DNA from: Chthoniobacteraceae bacterium
GTDB taxonomy: Bacteria; Verrucomicrobiota; Verrucomicrobiia; Chthoniobacterales; Chthoniobacteraceae
Direction of reading: 5' to 3'
DNA length: 64,000 nucleotides
NCBI GenBank assembly: GCA_031409335.1
Contig: JANNWY010000170.1
Coordinates: forward strand, 128,001 to 192,000
Shown: positions 50,320 to 58,199 of the stretch, one piece after another
How positions within the stretch are numbered: the stretch's first letter is position 1
Layout of the letters: each line of letters begins with the position of its first letter
Translations under genes and position numbers: made by a program
Notes under the pieces: model-generated
The model's database searches: none
What the model was told of the DNA's origin: nothing
What the model saw: only the letters and a program-made list of their open reading frames with translations

Positions 50320-51642
50320 ATGAGGGTGATCGTTTGGGGAATCAACTATCCCCCAGAACTGACGGGGATCGCACCATTTAACGCGGCGCTGTGCGAGTTT
50401 CTTGCGGAGCGCTGCCACGAAGTTACGATGGTAACGTCTTTCCCTTACTATCCAGAATGGAAGAAGCGTGAGGAAGACAAGGGTAGTTTCTTTCGAACCG
50501 ATAGAGTCAACAACGTCTCGATATTCCGTTGCTGGTCTTATGTGCCGAGTCGTGTTTCGGCACTGCGGCGAATGATTCACGAGGCAAGTTTTGTTGCGTT
50601 GTCTCTGTTACGGGTCTTATTTCTACCAAGACCTGCGGTTTACGTAGTGGTATCGCCTCCGCTGCTTTTGGGAGTCGCAGCATGGTGTGCGAGTGTGATC
50701 AAACGATCGCCATTCGTATTTCATGTGCAGGATTTGCAGCCAGATGCGGCACTTTCGCTCGGTATGCTCCGAAAAGGGCTGTTTGTTCGTTTGCTCTATG
50801 GGATTGAGTCTTTCGCGTATTCCCGCGCGAAAAGAGTTTCGGCAATTAGCAGCGGCATTGGTGAAAAGCTGCACACCAAGGGCGTTCAACGACAAAATAT
50901 CGTTTTGTTTCCAAATGGCGTTCGTTTGCCGGTTGATTTGCCAAAGCGCGGCTGCTTTCGAAGACGCCATGGCATTCCAGATAACACGTTCTTAGCGGTC
51001 TATTCAGGGAATATAGGAGTGAAGCAGGGATTGGATGTGCTTGTGGATGCCGGCAGGATTTTGGAGTCCAACGGGACTGCTCAGGTGCAGCACTCAGTGG
51101 GTGCCCCGATCGTCATCGTGATCGCTGGGGATGGAGCGCGTCGCGCAATTCTTTGGGAGGCAATCAACCGAGAATCACTGAGATGTATTCTGTTGTTGCC
51201 GCTTCTCCCAGAGCTTGAGTACCTTGAAATGTTGGCTGATGCTGATTGCACGGTGATAACGCAACAGCGTGATACGGGGGAGTATTTTTTCCCGAGTAAG
51301 TTGCTGTCGGCGGTTGCGGCTGCCAAGCCAGTGTTAAGTGTGGCGGACGAGCAGAGTGAGTTGGCGAAAGCGGTGCGGCGAAATGGACTTGGAGTGAACG
51401 TTTCACCCGGGAGCCCTGAATTGGTGGTTGAGTCGCTGCGTATGATGGCGAGTGGGCACGGGCATCAAGCGGCGAATGATCTGCACAGCGTGGAGTTTTC
51501 AGACGCGAGCCGCCAAGACTCGCTAGCTGAGATGGGGCGGGCCGGATTGGAGTTTGCAGCACAGTTCGAAATGAACCGTGTGCTTTCAGATTTCGAGAAC
51601 GAACTAAAGCGGATCAATGCTTCCCGTGATAGCGTAACGTAA
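50320..51642 (+). CDS. wcaI: WcaI-like GT4 glycosyltransferase
   Basis: GINYPPELTGI, PYYPEW, HVQDLQPDAA, YSGNIGVKQGL, FPSKL. Confidence 0.85.
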   Translation: MRVIVWGINYPPELTGIAPFNAALCEFLAERCHEVTMVTSFPYYPEWKKREEDKGSFFRTDRVNNVSIFRCWSYVPSRVSALRRMIHEASFVALSLLRVLFLPRPAVYVVVSPPLLLGVAAWCASVIKRSPFVFHVQDLQPDAALSLGMLRKGLFVRLLYGIESFAYSRAKRVSAISSGIGEKLHTKGVQRQNIVLFPNGVRLPVDLPKRGCFRRRHGIPDNTFLAVYSGNIGVKQGLDVLVDAGRILESNGTAQVQHSVGAPIVIVIAGDGARRAILWEAINRESLRCILLLPLLPELEYLEMLADADCTVITQQRDTGEYFFPSKLLSAVAAAKPVLSVADEQSELAKAVRRNGLGVNVSPGSPELVVESLRMMASGHGHQAANDLHSVEFSDASRQDSLAEMGRAGLEFAAQFEMNRVLSDFENELKRINASRDSVT

Positions 51643-51828
51643 CATGAGTTCTGTTGCCGTCTTATTCCGAGCAATACGCTTGTCGAGTTCATTCAAGTAA
51701 GCCAATCAAGCCGACTAGCCTCATGCCCTGCAGAGACATCTTTATGCATGATCTCGTTGGAATGCATCTTTCCGGGATCAATTCAAAGGCTCCTTTTGGA
51801 TTGGTGTTCGTTCCAAATCTCAGTGTCT

Positions 51829-53550
51829 TCACTTGAGGGCATCTGCGATCGACTGTTTGGCTTTGACGACGAGTTCAGTTTCTTCAGGGAGCAGGGTTAC
51901 TCCACGGCTCATTTCCAGAAAGTGCGTCGCTTTTTCGGGTAGATTGGTGGTCGCCAGCATGATGCCGTAGTAAGCGGCGATGGATGGGTCCGTGAGGTGC
52001 TCGGCAGGCAACGCTTCCAGAATCTTCAGCCCCTCGGCCGTGCGGGCTGAACAATGGAGCGCAAACGCGAACGTGGACGCGTACGCAGCATTTTCGGGAT
52101 GTTTCGTGTGAAGATCGCGCGCAATTTTCATGGCTTGATCCGATTCGGTATTCAAAAGGAGAGATGAAAGCGCGAGGTCATTTTGGGCGTCTTCGTTAGC
52201 CGGATCCGTTTTTACGAGGTGGACGGAAAGACGACGCAGCCCGGCAGTGTTGTTCTTCGCAAGGTAATGGTTTTGGAGGGTTGCGATCGCGGAGCGTGAA
52301 CCGGGCGACATATCCAGGAGTGCCCAGAGACATTGTTCCGCCTCTTCGACCCATTGCCGTTCGGTGGCGATCTCCACCAGCCATTCGAGTGCGTCGGCTT
52401 TCCGCGCGGCGGCGTTGACGGCGAGATTCCACTCGGTCCGTGCGGATGCGGTGTCCGACTTCTCGCGAAAGGCGCGCGCACGATGGGCGTGGCGCACGTG
52501 ATCCACGGTCTTCCATGCGCCAGTTTCCGTGGCGGCGAGCAAGTCGTTCCAGTGCCCGAGCTTTAGGTAGCAATCGGCGATTGCGGGTCGTAGATCCGGC
52601 GACTTGGCGAGATTTGGGGTGCGTTTCTGCACCCATTCCAGCCCCTCGAAGGCAAGGCCAACCCGGCTCATCCAGAGGAGAAGTGCGCCAGCATCAATCG
52701 GGTTGCTTTCCGCTTTTTGCTGAGTCGCAGCGAGCGTGGTGGAAAACTTTTCGTCTTTGGTCGCTCGCATCAGCCCGAGCTGGAGCATGTCGTCGGAAAA
52801 TTCGTGTGTCGGCATTGACACGAGTTGGTTCGCGTAGCGGAGCGCGGAGAGGTATTCCTTGTGGGCTTCGCAATTGTTGATGAGTTCCCGCAGCGCGGAA
52901 ACTCCAAGCTCGGGATGTGAGCCAAGCTCCACGAGATTGCGCCGCCCTTCTTCCCGCGTGAAGTAATCGCCGATTGAGGATCGGGCTTTACCGAGTGCCA
53001 GTCGATACGCAGCGTTTGCGGGGTTGATGCGGGTGGCATTTTCGTAGAGCCGCGCGGCCTCGGCGTTCTCCCCGGATTCCAGCGCGAGCGTCCCGGCGAC
53101 GACGAGGTAGTCCTCCCGCATTCGGTCCTTTTCCGGCACCAGCGCCAGTGCGGACAACGCCGTGGAACTCCTCCCAAAGCGGGCCGCGGTGGAAGCATAC
53201 GCGAGCAGCGTGTCGGCTGACGCGCCGGCCGTCCGCACCACTTGCTCCCGCCACATCACCTCCTCCGCGAGTTGATCGTGCTCGGCGATTTCAGCCATCG
53301 TCAGGCAGGCAGGGGCAAAATTGGGGTTCAGTTGAAGTGCGCGACGCGCATTGATCGCCGCCTCCGCGTAATCGCCGCGATTCAGAGCCGCGCGTGCTTC
53401 CCGGTGGAAACTTTTCACCCGCCATGGCTTGTAGGCGAGATATCCCGCGATTCCCACGACTAGGACAATCGGCACCGCGATCCAGAGGATTAAATTTCGG
53501 CGCCGAGTCGCTTTGGCCAAGTCTGCTCCGGTTACGCCCGTTCTTTTCAT
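51829..53550 (-). CDS. Membrane-anchored tetratricopeptide-repeat protein (PrsT-like role possible)
   Basis: Single N-terminal TM, then helical TPR-like units (ARRALQLNP, YENATRINP, LVKTDPAN..AQND). Confidence 0.75.
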   Translation of the reverse strand: MKRTGVTGADLAKATRRRNLILWIAVPIVLVVGIAGYLAYKPWRVKSFHREARAALNRGDYAEAAINARRALQLNPNFAPACLTMAEIAEHDQLAEEVMWREQVVRTAGASADTLLAYASTAARFGRSSTALSALALVPEKDRMREDYLVVAGTLALESGENAEAARLYENATRINPANAAYRLALGKARSSIGDYFTREEGRRNLVELGSHPELGVSALRELINNCEAHKEYLSALRYANQLVSMPTHEFSDDMLQLGLMRATKDEKFSTTLAATQQKAESNPIDAGALLLWMSRVGLAFEGLEWVQKRTPNLAKSPDLRPAIADCYLKLGHWNDLLAATETGAWKTVDHVRHAHRARAFREKSDTASARTEWNLAVNAAARKADALEWLVEIATERQWVEEAEQCLWALLDMSPGSRSAIATLQNHYLAKNNTAGLRRLSVHLVKTDPANEDAQNDLALSSLLLNTESDQAMKIARDLHTKHPENAAYASTFAFALHCSARTAEGLKILEALPAEHLTDPSIAAYYGIMLATTNLPEKATHFLEMSRGVTLLPEETELVVKAKQSIADALK

Positions 53551-53619
53551 GTGAGGATAAGTCTTGGCAGCATTCCGCCGGTTGGCGGGGAATTGGGAAT
53601 GCGGTCGCGGCTCATGAAG

Positions 53620-54231
53620 CTATCGGCGTTCGTTCTTCCGGCGTGAGCCTTCACGGCGCGTTGCCGATCCGGTGGTCGCCGTGCCTCCAGCGTCGGAGAA
53701 TTCGCTCATCTCGTATAGCGTGGGATCACGCTGCGGCTTCCCACGGAGCCTGCGCAAACGCGCCTTCAGCGTCCCCGCATCCTTCGCGTCGCCGGCCCCG
53801 TCTTCGCCCGGCCCTTCGTCGTCCATGATCGAACCCATCTCCTCTTCGAGCCGCTCGGGATCTTCCCCGGCTTCGAGGCGCCGCAGCATTTCCTCCATCT
53901 GCTGGGGAACTTTTTCGCCGGTCATTTCCGACATCCGTCGCATCATGCTCGCGAGCTGGCGCGGATCGGGATTCTCCTCATTCATGCCGCTCATTTCGCG
54001 CTCCATCTGCGCCATCATCGCGTCCATGCGGGGATCATCCATGTCGGTACCGGGCGGCATGTCGGGCTTTTCCTTGGCGCGCCCGGTCACGGCGAATGTG
54101 GACATCATCCTTTCCATCCGGTGTTTTGCGTTGTCGGGACACCGCGGCGTCTTGCCCGCATAGGCGAGGCTGCGCGCGAAAAATGAGTAGATTCGGTGAT
54201 TGTTTGGGCAATAGAACTCGTAGATCGGCAT
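53620..54231 (-). CDS. FmdB-family zinc-ribbon protein
   Basis: MPIYEFYCP..PRCP..MERMMSTFA; Met-rich helical tail with DPRQLA. Confidence 0.8.
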   Translation of the reverse strand: MPIYEFYCPNNHRIYSFFARSLAYAGKTPRCPDNAKHRMERMMSTFAVTGRAKEKPDMPPGTDMDDPRMDAMMAQMEREMSGMNEENPDPRQLASMMRRMSEMTGEKVPQQMEEMLRRLEAGEDPERLEEEMGSIMDDEGPGEDGAGDAKDAGTLKARLRRLRGKPQRDPTLYEMSEFSDAGGTATTGSATRREGSRRKNERR

Positions 54232-54447
54232 GTGAAAAAAATGAAAGGTTCACCGCGTTTTCAGAGGCGGCCCACTTTGAGACCACTTGGCGCGGGAGGG
54301 AATGATTACCAATTATTGGCGGCCTTCAAGCGAGCGAATTTACGCCGCGGCGGTTGAAAAAATGAAGACGTGGTTGAAAATCGGCGCGGCATCGTTCATG
54401 CAACCCGACCCGAAAAAATCCGCAACCCGCAATCGCACTGCCCGCCC

Positions 54448-54987
54448 ATGACGCCAGACTCGCCAGATGAAATCAGTTGGTTCTGCCTGAGAAGCCGCCC
54501 GAAGCACGAACACATCGCCGCGGCGCACCTCCGCCAAATGGCCGGAGTCGAAGTGTTTTGCCCGCGGCTGCGTTTCAAACGGCCGACGAAGCGCGGCGCG
54601 GTTTGGTTCGAGGAAGCGATGTTTCCCGGATACCTCTTCGCCAAATTTCACTTCATCGAGCGGCACAAGGAAGTCGGCCACGCCATGGGGATCAGCAGCA
54701 TCCTGCGATTTGGCGACCGCTATGCCACGATCGGCGAGGACACCGTCCTCGGGCTGCGCGGGAAGACAAACGAGATGCACGTCGCGGTGATCGAAAGCGA
54801 GGTCCGCGCGGGCGACAAAGTGACCATCATCGCCGGCGCGATGACGGGAATCGAGGGAGTCGTCACGCAGTACCTTTCCGGGCGCGAGCGCGTGCGCGTC
54901 CTGCTTGAATTCCTCGGTCGCGAAATCCACGCCGAAGTGGAAAAGTCCGACGTGCTGCCCGCGAAACGCCACCCGCTCGCCGCGTGA
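54448..54987 (+). CDS. NusG paralog (RfaH/UpxY/LoaP-type antiterminator)
   Basis: NGN domain WFCLRSRPKHE..MFPGYLFAKF; KOW domain GDKVTIIAG..GIEGVV..RVRVLLEFLGR; not in a secE-nusG-rplK context. Confidence 0.88.
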   Translation: MTPDSPDEISWFCLRSRPKHEHIAAAHLRQMAGVEVFCPRLRFKRPTKRGAVWFEEAMFPGYLFAKFHFIERHKEVGHAMGISSILRFGDRYATIGEDTVLGLRGKTNEMHVAVIESEVRAGDKVTIIAGAMTGIEGVVTQYLSGRERVRVLLEFLGREIHAEVEKSDVLPAKRHPLAA

Positions 54988-54994
54988 TTTTTCG

Positions 54995-55981
54995 CTAACG
55001 CTGCACGCGCCCGCCGTGTCCGCCTGCCGCGAGCGCTTCCACCTCGGCGAGTGACACGAGGCATTGATCGCCGGGAATCGTGTGCTTCAGCGCTCCGGCA
55101 GCGGCGGCGAGATTTACCGCTGTCTGCGGAGCGTCGCCGCGCATCAGCGAAAAAATGAGCGTGCCCGTGAACGCGTCGCCCGAGCCCAGGCGATCCACGA
55201 TCGTGATCTCGTGGCGTGGCGCGTGAAAAGCGCGGCCGCCCGTGAAAAGCATCGCGCCGCAATTCGTCGCGCTCGCCGTGCCGCTCTGCCGTGAAGTCAT
55301 CGCCACGGTCTGGAATCCAAACCGCTCCACGAGATCCGCGGCGATTGCCTCATCCGAGTTGCCGGTCGCGCCGAGAATTGTACGAGCCTCATCCGCGCCC
55401 GCCACGCAGAGATCGACGTATTTCATCAGCGGCTGGAGCGCGCGTGCCGCGGCTTTTGTGCTCCACAGCTTCGCCCGAAAATTGATGTCGAAGCTAACCG
55501 TCAGACCGCACTTTTTCGCCGCGCGACAAGCCTCCTCGCACACGTCCGCCGCCGATTTTGAAAGCGCCGGCGTGATGCCCGTCCAATGAAACCAGCTCGC
55601 TCCGTCAAAAATGCGCGGCCAGCCAAAATCCCCCGGTTGCACCTCGGTGATCGCACTTCGCGCGCGATCGTAAATTACATTCCCCGGGCGCTGACTCGCG
55701 CCCTGTTCCAAAAAATAAATCCCGATTCGCTCACCGCCTCGCGCGATGTGCGAAGTGCCCACGCCATGCCGCCGCAGCTCGTCGATCGCGCGCTGCCCGA
55801 GTTCATGCGCCGGCAAGCGCGAAACGAACTCCGCACGTCCGCCGAGTCGCGAAATCAAGATCGCGACGTTCGCCTCCGCCCCGCCTGGCGTGATTTCAAA
55901 ATGGGCCGCCTGCGCGAAGCGCTGATGCCCCGGCGTGGTGAGCCGGAACATGAGTTCGCCGAAAGTGACAACGGTGGACAT
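54995..55981 (-). CDS. kdgK: 2-keto-3-deoxygluconate kinase (PfkB family)
   Basis: VVTFGELMFRL, GGAEANVA, GIYFLEQGASQR, HWTGITPALS, DINFRAKLW, DRLGSGDAF. Confidence 0.85.
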   Translation of the reverse strand: MSTVVTFGELMFRLTTPGHQRFAQAAHFEITPGGAEANVAILISRLGGRAEFVSRLPAHELGQRAIDELRRHGVGTSHIARGGERIGIYFLEQGASQRPGNVIYDRARSAITEVQPGDFGWPRIFDGASWFHWTGITPALSKSAADVCEEACRAAKKCGLTVSFDINFRAKLWSTKAAARALQPLMKYVDLCVAGADEARTILGATGNSDEAIAADLVERFGFQTVAMTSRQSGTASATNCGAMLFTGGRAFHAPRHEITIVDRLGSGDAFTGTLIFSLMRGDAPQTAVNLAAAAGALKHTIPGDQCLVSLAEVEALAAGGHGGRVQR

Positions 55982-56035
55982 GGTGCGGGAGGATGGAGAC
56001 GCACGCACAATTTGAAAAGGCGCGAGCACAGCATT

Positions 56036-56201
56036 TCCGGGTAGCACGCTCGTCCCGAGCGTTGGCGAAGGCGTCCCGCCTTCGTGAACTTTCCCGCCGC
56101 ATCGCTACTGAGTTCGTAAACGATTCCTGAGACGACGAGTTAGGGAAGTTCGTCTTGGCGGGACGCCAAGACCAACGCCCGGGACGAGCGTGCTACCCGG
56201 A
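56036..56201. repeat. GTAG-tagged REP doublet with double-hairpin arms
   Basis: Terminal 30 nt inverted repeat with one mismatch (tccgggtagcacgctcgtcccgagcgttgg / ccaacgcccgggacgagcgtgctacccgga), extending imperfectly to ~60 nt. Confidence 0.85.
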
Positions 56202-56216
56202 GACCGCTGCGACGCG

Positions 56217-56339
56217 CTAAACAAAAATCAGCGCCCGCGAATCCGCTGCGATGAAGCCGTGCTTTGCGAGCAATTCGCGGAACTTCCCGATCCCCGCTTT
56301 CTCGGGCGGGCCGAGGTCGCAGCGGATGTGTTGCGTGGG
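56217..56339 (-). pseudogene. Orphan diverged copy of the last 40 codons plus stop of mqnA
   Basis: Translates PTQHIRCDLGPPEKAGIGKFRELLAKHGFIAADSRALIFV*, versus MqnA LTQHIRFGLGPREKAGIEKFRELLGKHGFIDADSRELVYV*; 97/123 nt identical to 59302-59424 by hand alignment, no gaps. Confidence 0.88.
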
Positions 56340-56468
56340 TTGGCAGCGGTCACCGCTTGCGGCGGCCTGCCACAGCGGGCAGTCCGATCCCGCGAAGCGC
56401 CAGACTTCCCGGCACCGGCACCGGATGGAGATTTTAACGGATGACGTCCACGGAGACCGCAGGCGAAA

Positions 56469-56505
56469 GCAAAAAGGCGGGAGCATCGCTGCTCCCGCCC
56501 TTTGC
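56469..56505 (-). terminator. Intrinsic terminator of the PEP-CTERM gene
   Basis: 10-bp stem ggcgggagca/tgctcccgcc with a 4-nt loop; T5 tail on the minus strand, ~25 nt past the stop codon. Confidence 0.8.
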
Positions 56506-56528
56506 GTCGTTTTGAACGCGAAACGTTT

Positions 56529-58016
56529 CTAGCTTTCGCGGCGGCGGCGGGCTGCAAAGCCAAGTATCCCCATCACCAGCAGGAAGGCGGTGCCGGGTTC
56601 CGGGACTGACGCGAAGCCGGAGCCGGTGAGGAAGTAGGCTCCCATGTCGAAATACTGGGCGTCATTGAAGGTAGGAGATATCTGCGCGTGGCCGCCGAAG
56701 CTGCCGATCTCCGCGTAGTAGGTGCCCGCGGCAAGATTGCCCATGAACGTCTCAAAGAGCGTGCTGGCGTCTTCCACCGCAGCGCCAATGGAGAGTCCGT
56801 TGCCGTCGTAAATGGTGAGCGTGCTGCGCAGCGTGCCGATGCCATCGGCGACTCCCGGAGTCAGGAATTGCGTGCCGTCATTCGCGGTGAGGACGATTGA
56901 GGAGGCGGTGCCGAGGGTGAAGGTGAACCAGTCCTTCGTGTAGTTCCCCGCGCCGAGGGCGAGCGGGTTGGCCTCGCTATTCGGTACGATGACGCCAGTC
57001 GCCAGATTGAAATCCACGAAGTCTCCGACGACGGGCAGCAGCGTGGCGGTGGCGAGCGTGTGGCCGATCCCATCGTTGACGAGGTGAAGGTCCACGGCTC
57101 CAGCCTGGCCCATCGCCACGGTGTTGACCGTGAGCATGGTCTTCACGTCATTTTGGATCGTCTGAATGTCGTTCGGATGCGTGTCGCCCACGCGCCAGGT
57201 GATGCGCTGCCGCCCATCCGCATTGCCGATGATGGCGACGTAGGAGCCATTGCCGGCGGCGGCGTCCCCATTCGTGTATTCGTTCACCGGGGTATTCGCA
57301 GCGCCCACAAAGTCGCCCTGATGGTAGAGCCCGAAGGAGTGGCCGTTTTCGTGGACGGAAATCGCGCCGATATACTCGCCATTGATGACGCCCCCGGTGG
57401 CCGCACCCGCCTGCGCTTCGCTGAACATCCAGTTGGTGTGCCCGCCATTATCCACCGCGACGCCTGCGACGACGCCGATCCCAGGCGAGACGCCATCCGC
57501 AGTGTCGCTGAACCATTTGTTCATCGGCGTCACCCCCGGAGTGCCCGGCGCCCGCACCTGCGAGCCGATCACGGTGTGCATGAGGTTCGGCGTGGTATCG
57601 TAAAACGTCTGCCGCTGCGCATCCGTCGCGCCCGCCCCGAGAGCGGCGATCGCCGGGTCCACCGTGGTCACGTTGACGTTGAAGCCGATGTACGATTGCG
57701 CGATGCGGGACCACAGGCTTTTGATCTGCTGTTGCTCGGTCGCGTCGAAGGTCTCTGTGGGGAGCCGCTCGTTCAGCGAAGGGGTAAAGCCCGGCGCGGT
57801 CGTGTGGTCGTGCCAGAGGCCATTGAAGTTAAACCCGGCCACATTCACGTAGATCGTGTAGGCGGCACCGGGCCGGCTGCTGAATTCAGGAACGCCCGCC
57901 GTGTGCTGCTCCGCCAGCGCGGAAAACATGGGAAGGATGAACACTGCGGCTGCCGTCAGTTTCACGCGGATCGTGGAGCATAGGGCTTGTTTTGGATCGA
58001 AGGGTTTGGTTTTCAT
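56529..58016 (-). CDS. PEP-CTERM surface protein with zinc-metallopeptidase and PPC-like domains
   Basis: C-terminal VPEP + TM + RRRR; HExxHxxGxxH (HENGHSFGLYH, 57321-57353); DWFTFTL..LAAGTYY PPC-like domain; signal peptide. Start at 58016 or 58052. Confidence 0.88.
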   Translation of the reverse strand: MKTKPFDPKQALCSTIRVKLTAAAVFILPMFSALAEQHTAGVPEFSSRPGAAYTIYVNVAGFNFNGLWHDHTTAPGFTPSLNERLPTETFDATEQQQIKSLWSRIAQSYIGFNVNVTTVDPAIAALGAGATDAQRQTFYDTTPNLMHTVIGSQVRAPGTPGVTPMNKWFSDTADGVSPGIGVVAGVAVDNGGHTNWMFSEAQAGAATGGVINGEYIGAISVHENGHSFGLYHQGDFVGAANTPVNEYTNGDAAAGNGSYVAIIGNADGRQRITWRVGDTHPNDIQTIQNDVKTMLTVNTVAMGQAGAVDLHLVNDGIGHTLATATLLPVVGDFVDFNLATGVIVPNSEANPLALGAGNYTKDWFTFTLGTASSIVLTANDGTQFLTPGVADGIGTLRSTLTIYDGNGLSIGAAVEDASTLFETFMGNLAAGTYYAEIGSFGGHAQISPTFNDAQYFDMGAYFLTGSGFASVPEPGTAFLLVMGILGFAARRRRES

Positions 58017-58162
58017 CAGGGTAGTGAGACTGCGAGTGACAGTGGATTTCATAAGTGTTGAGAAGTGATCGTCAGGTAAAGTGTGGGGAGCGCGCAGGCT
58101 CTCCTGGCGGGGGCTGCGCGCGGGGGATACCGAAGTTTTCCACACTGCCAACAACTCCCGCT

Positions 58163-58194
58163 TTGACAGATGGGCGGTTTTCCCGCCTATCGTC
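58163..58194 (+). promoter_or_regulatory. Putative sigma70 promoter with overlapping palindromic operator
   Basis: TTGACA (58163-58168), 19-nt spacer, TATCGT (58188-58193); imperfect inverted repeat gacagatgggcgg-ttttc-ccgcctatcgtc; GTG start at 58200. Confidence 0.5.
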
Positions 58195-58199
58195 TCGCG

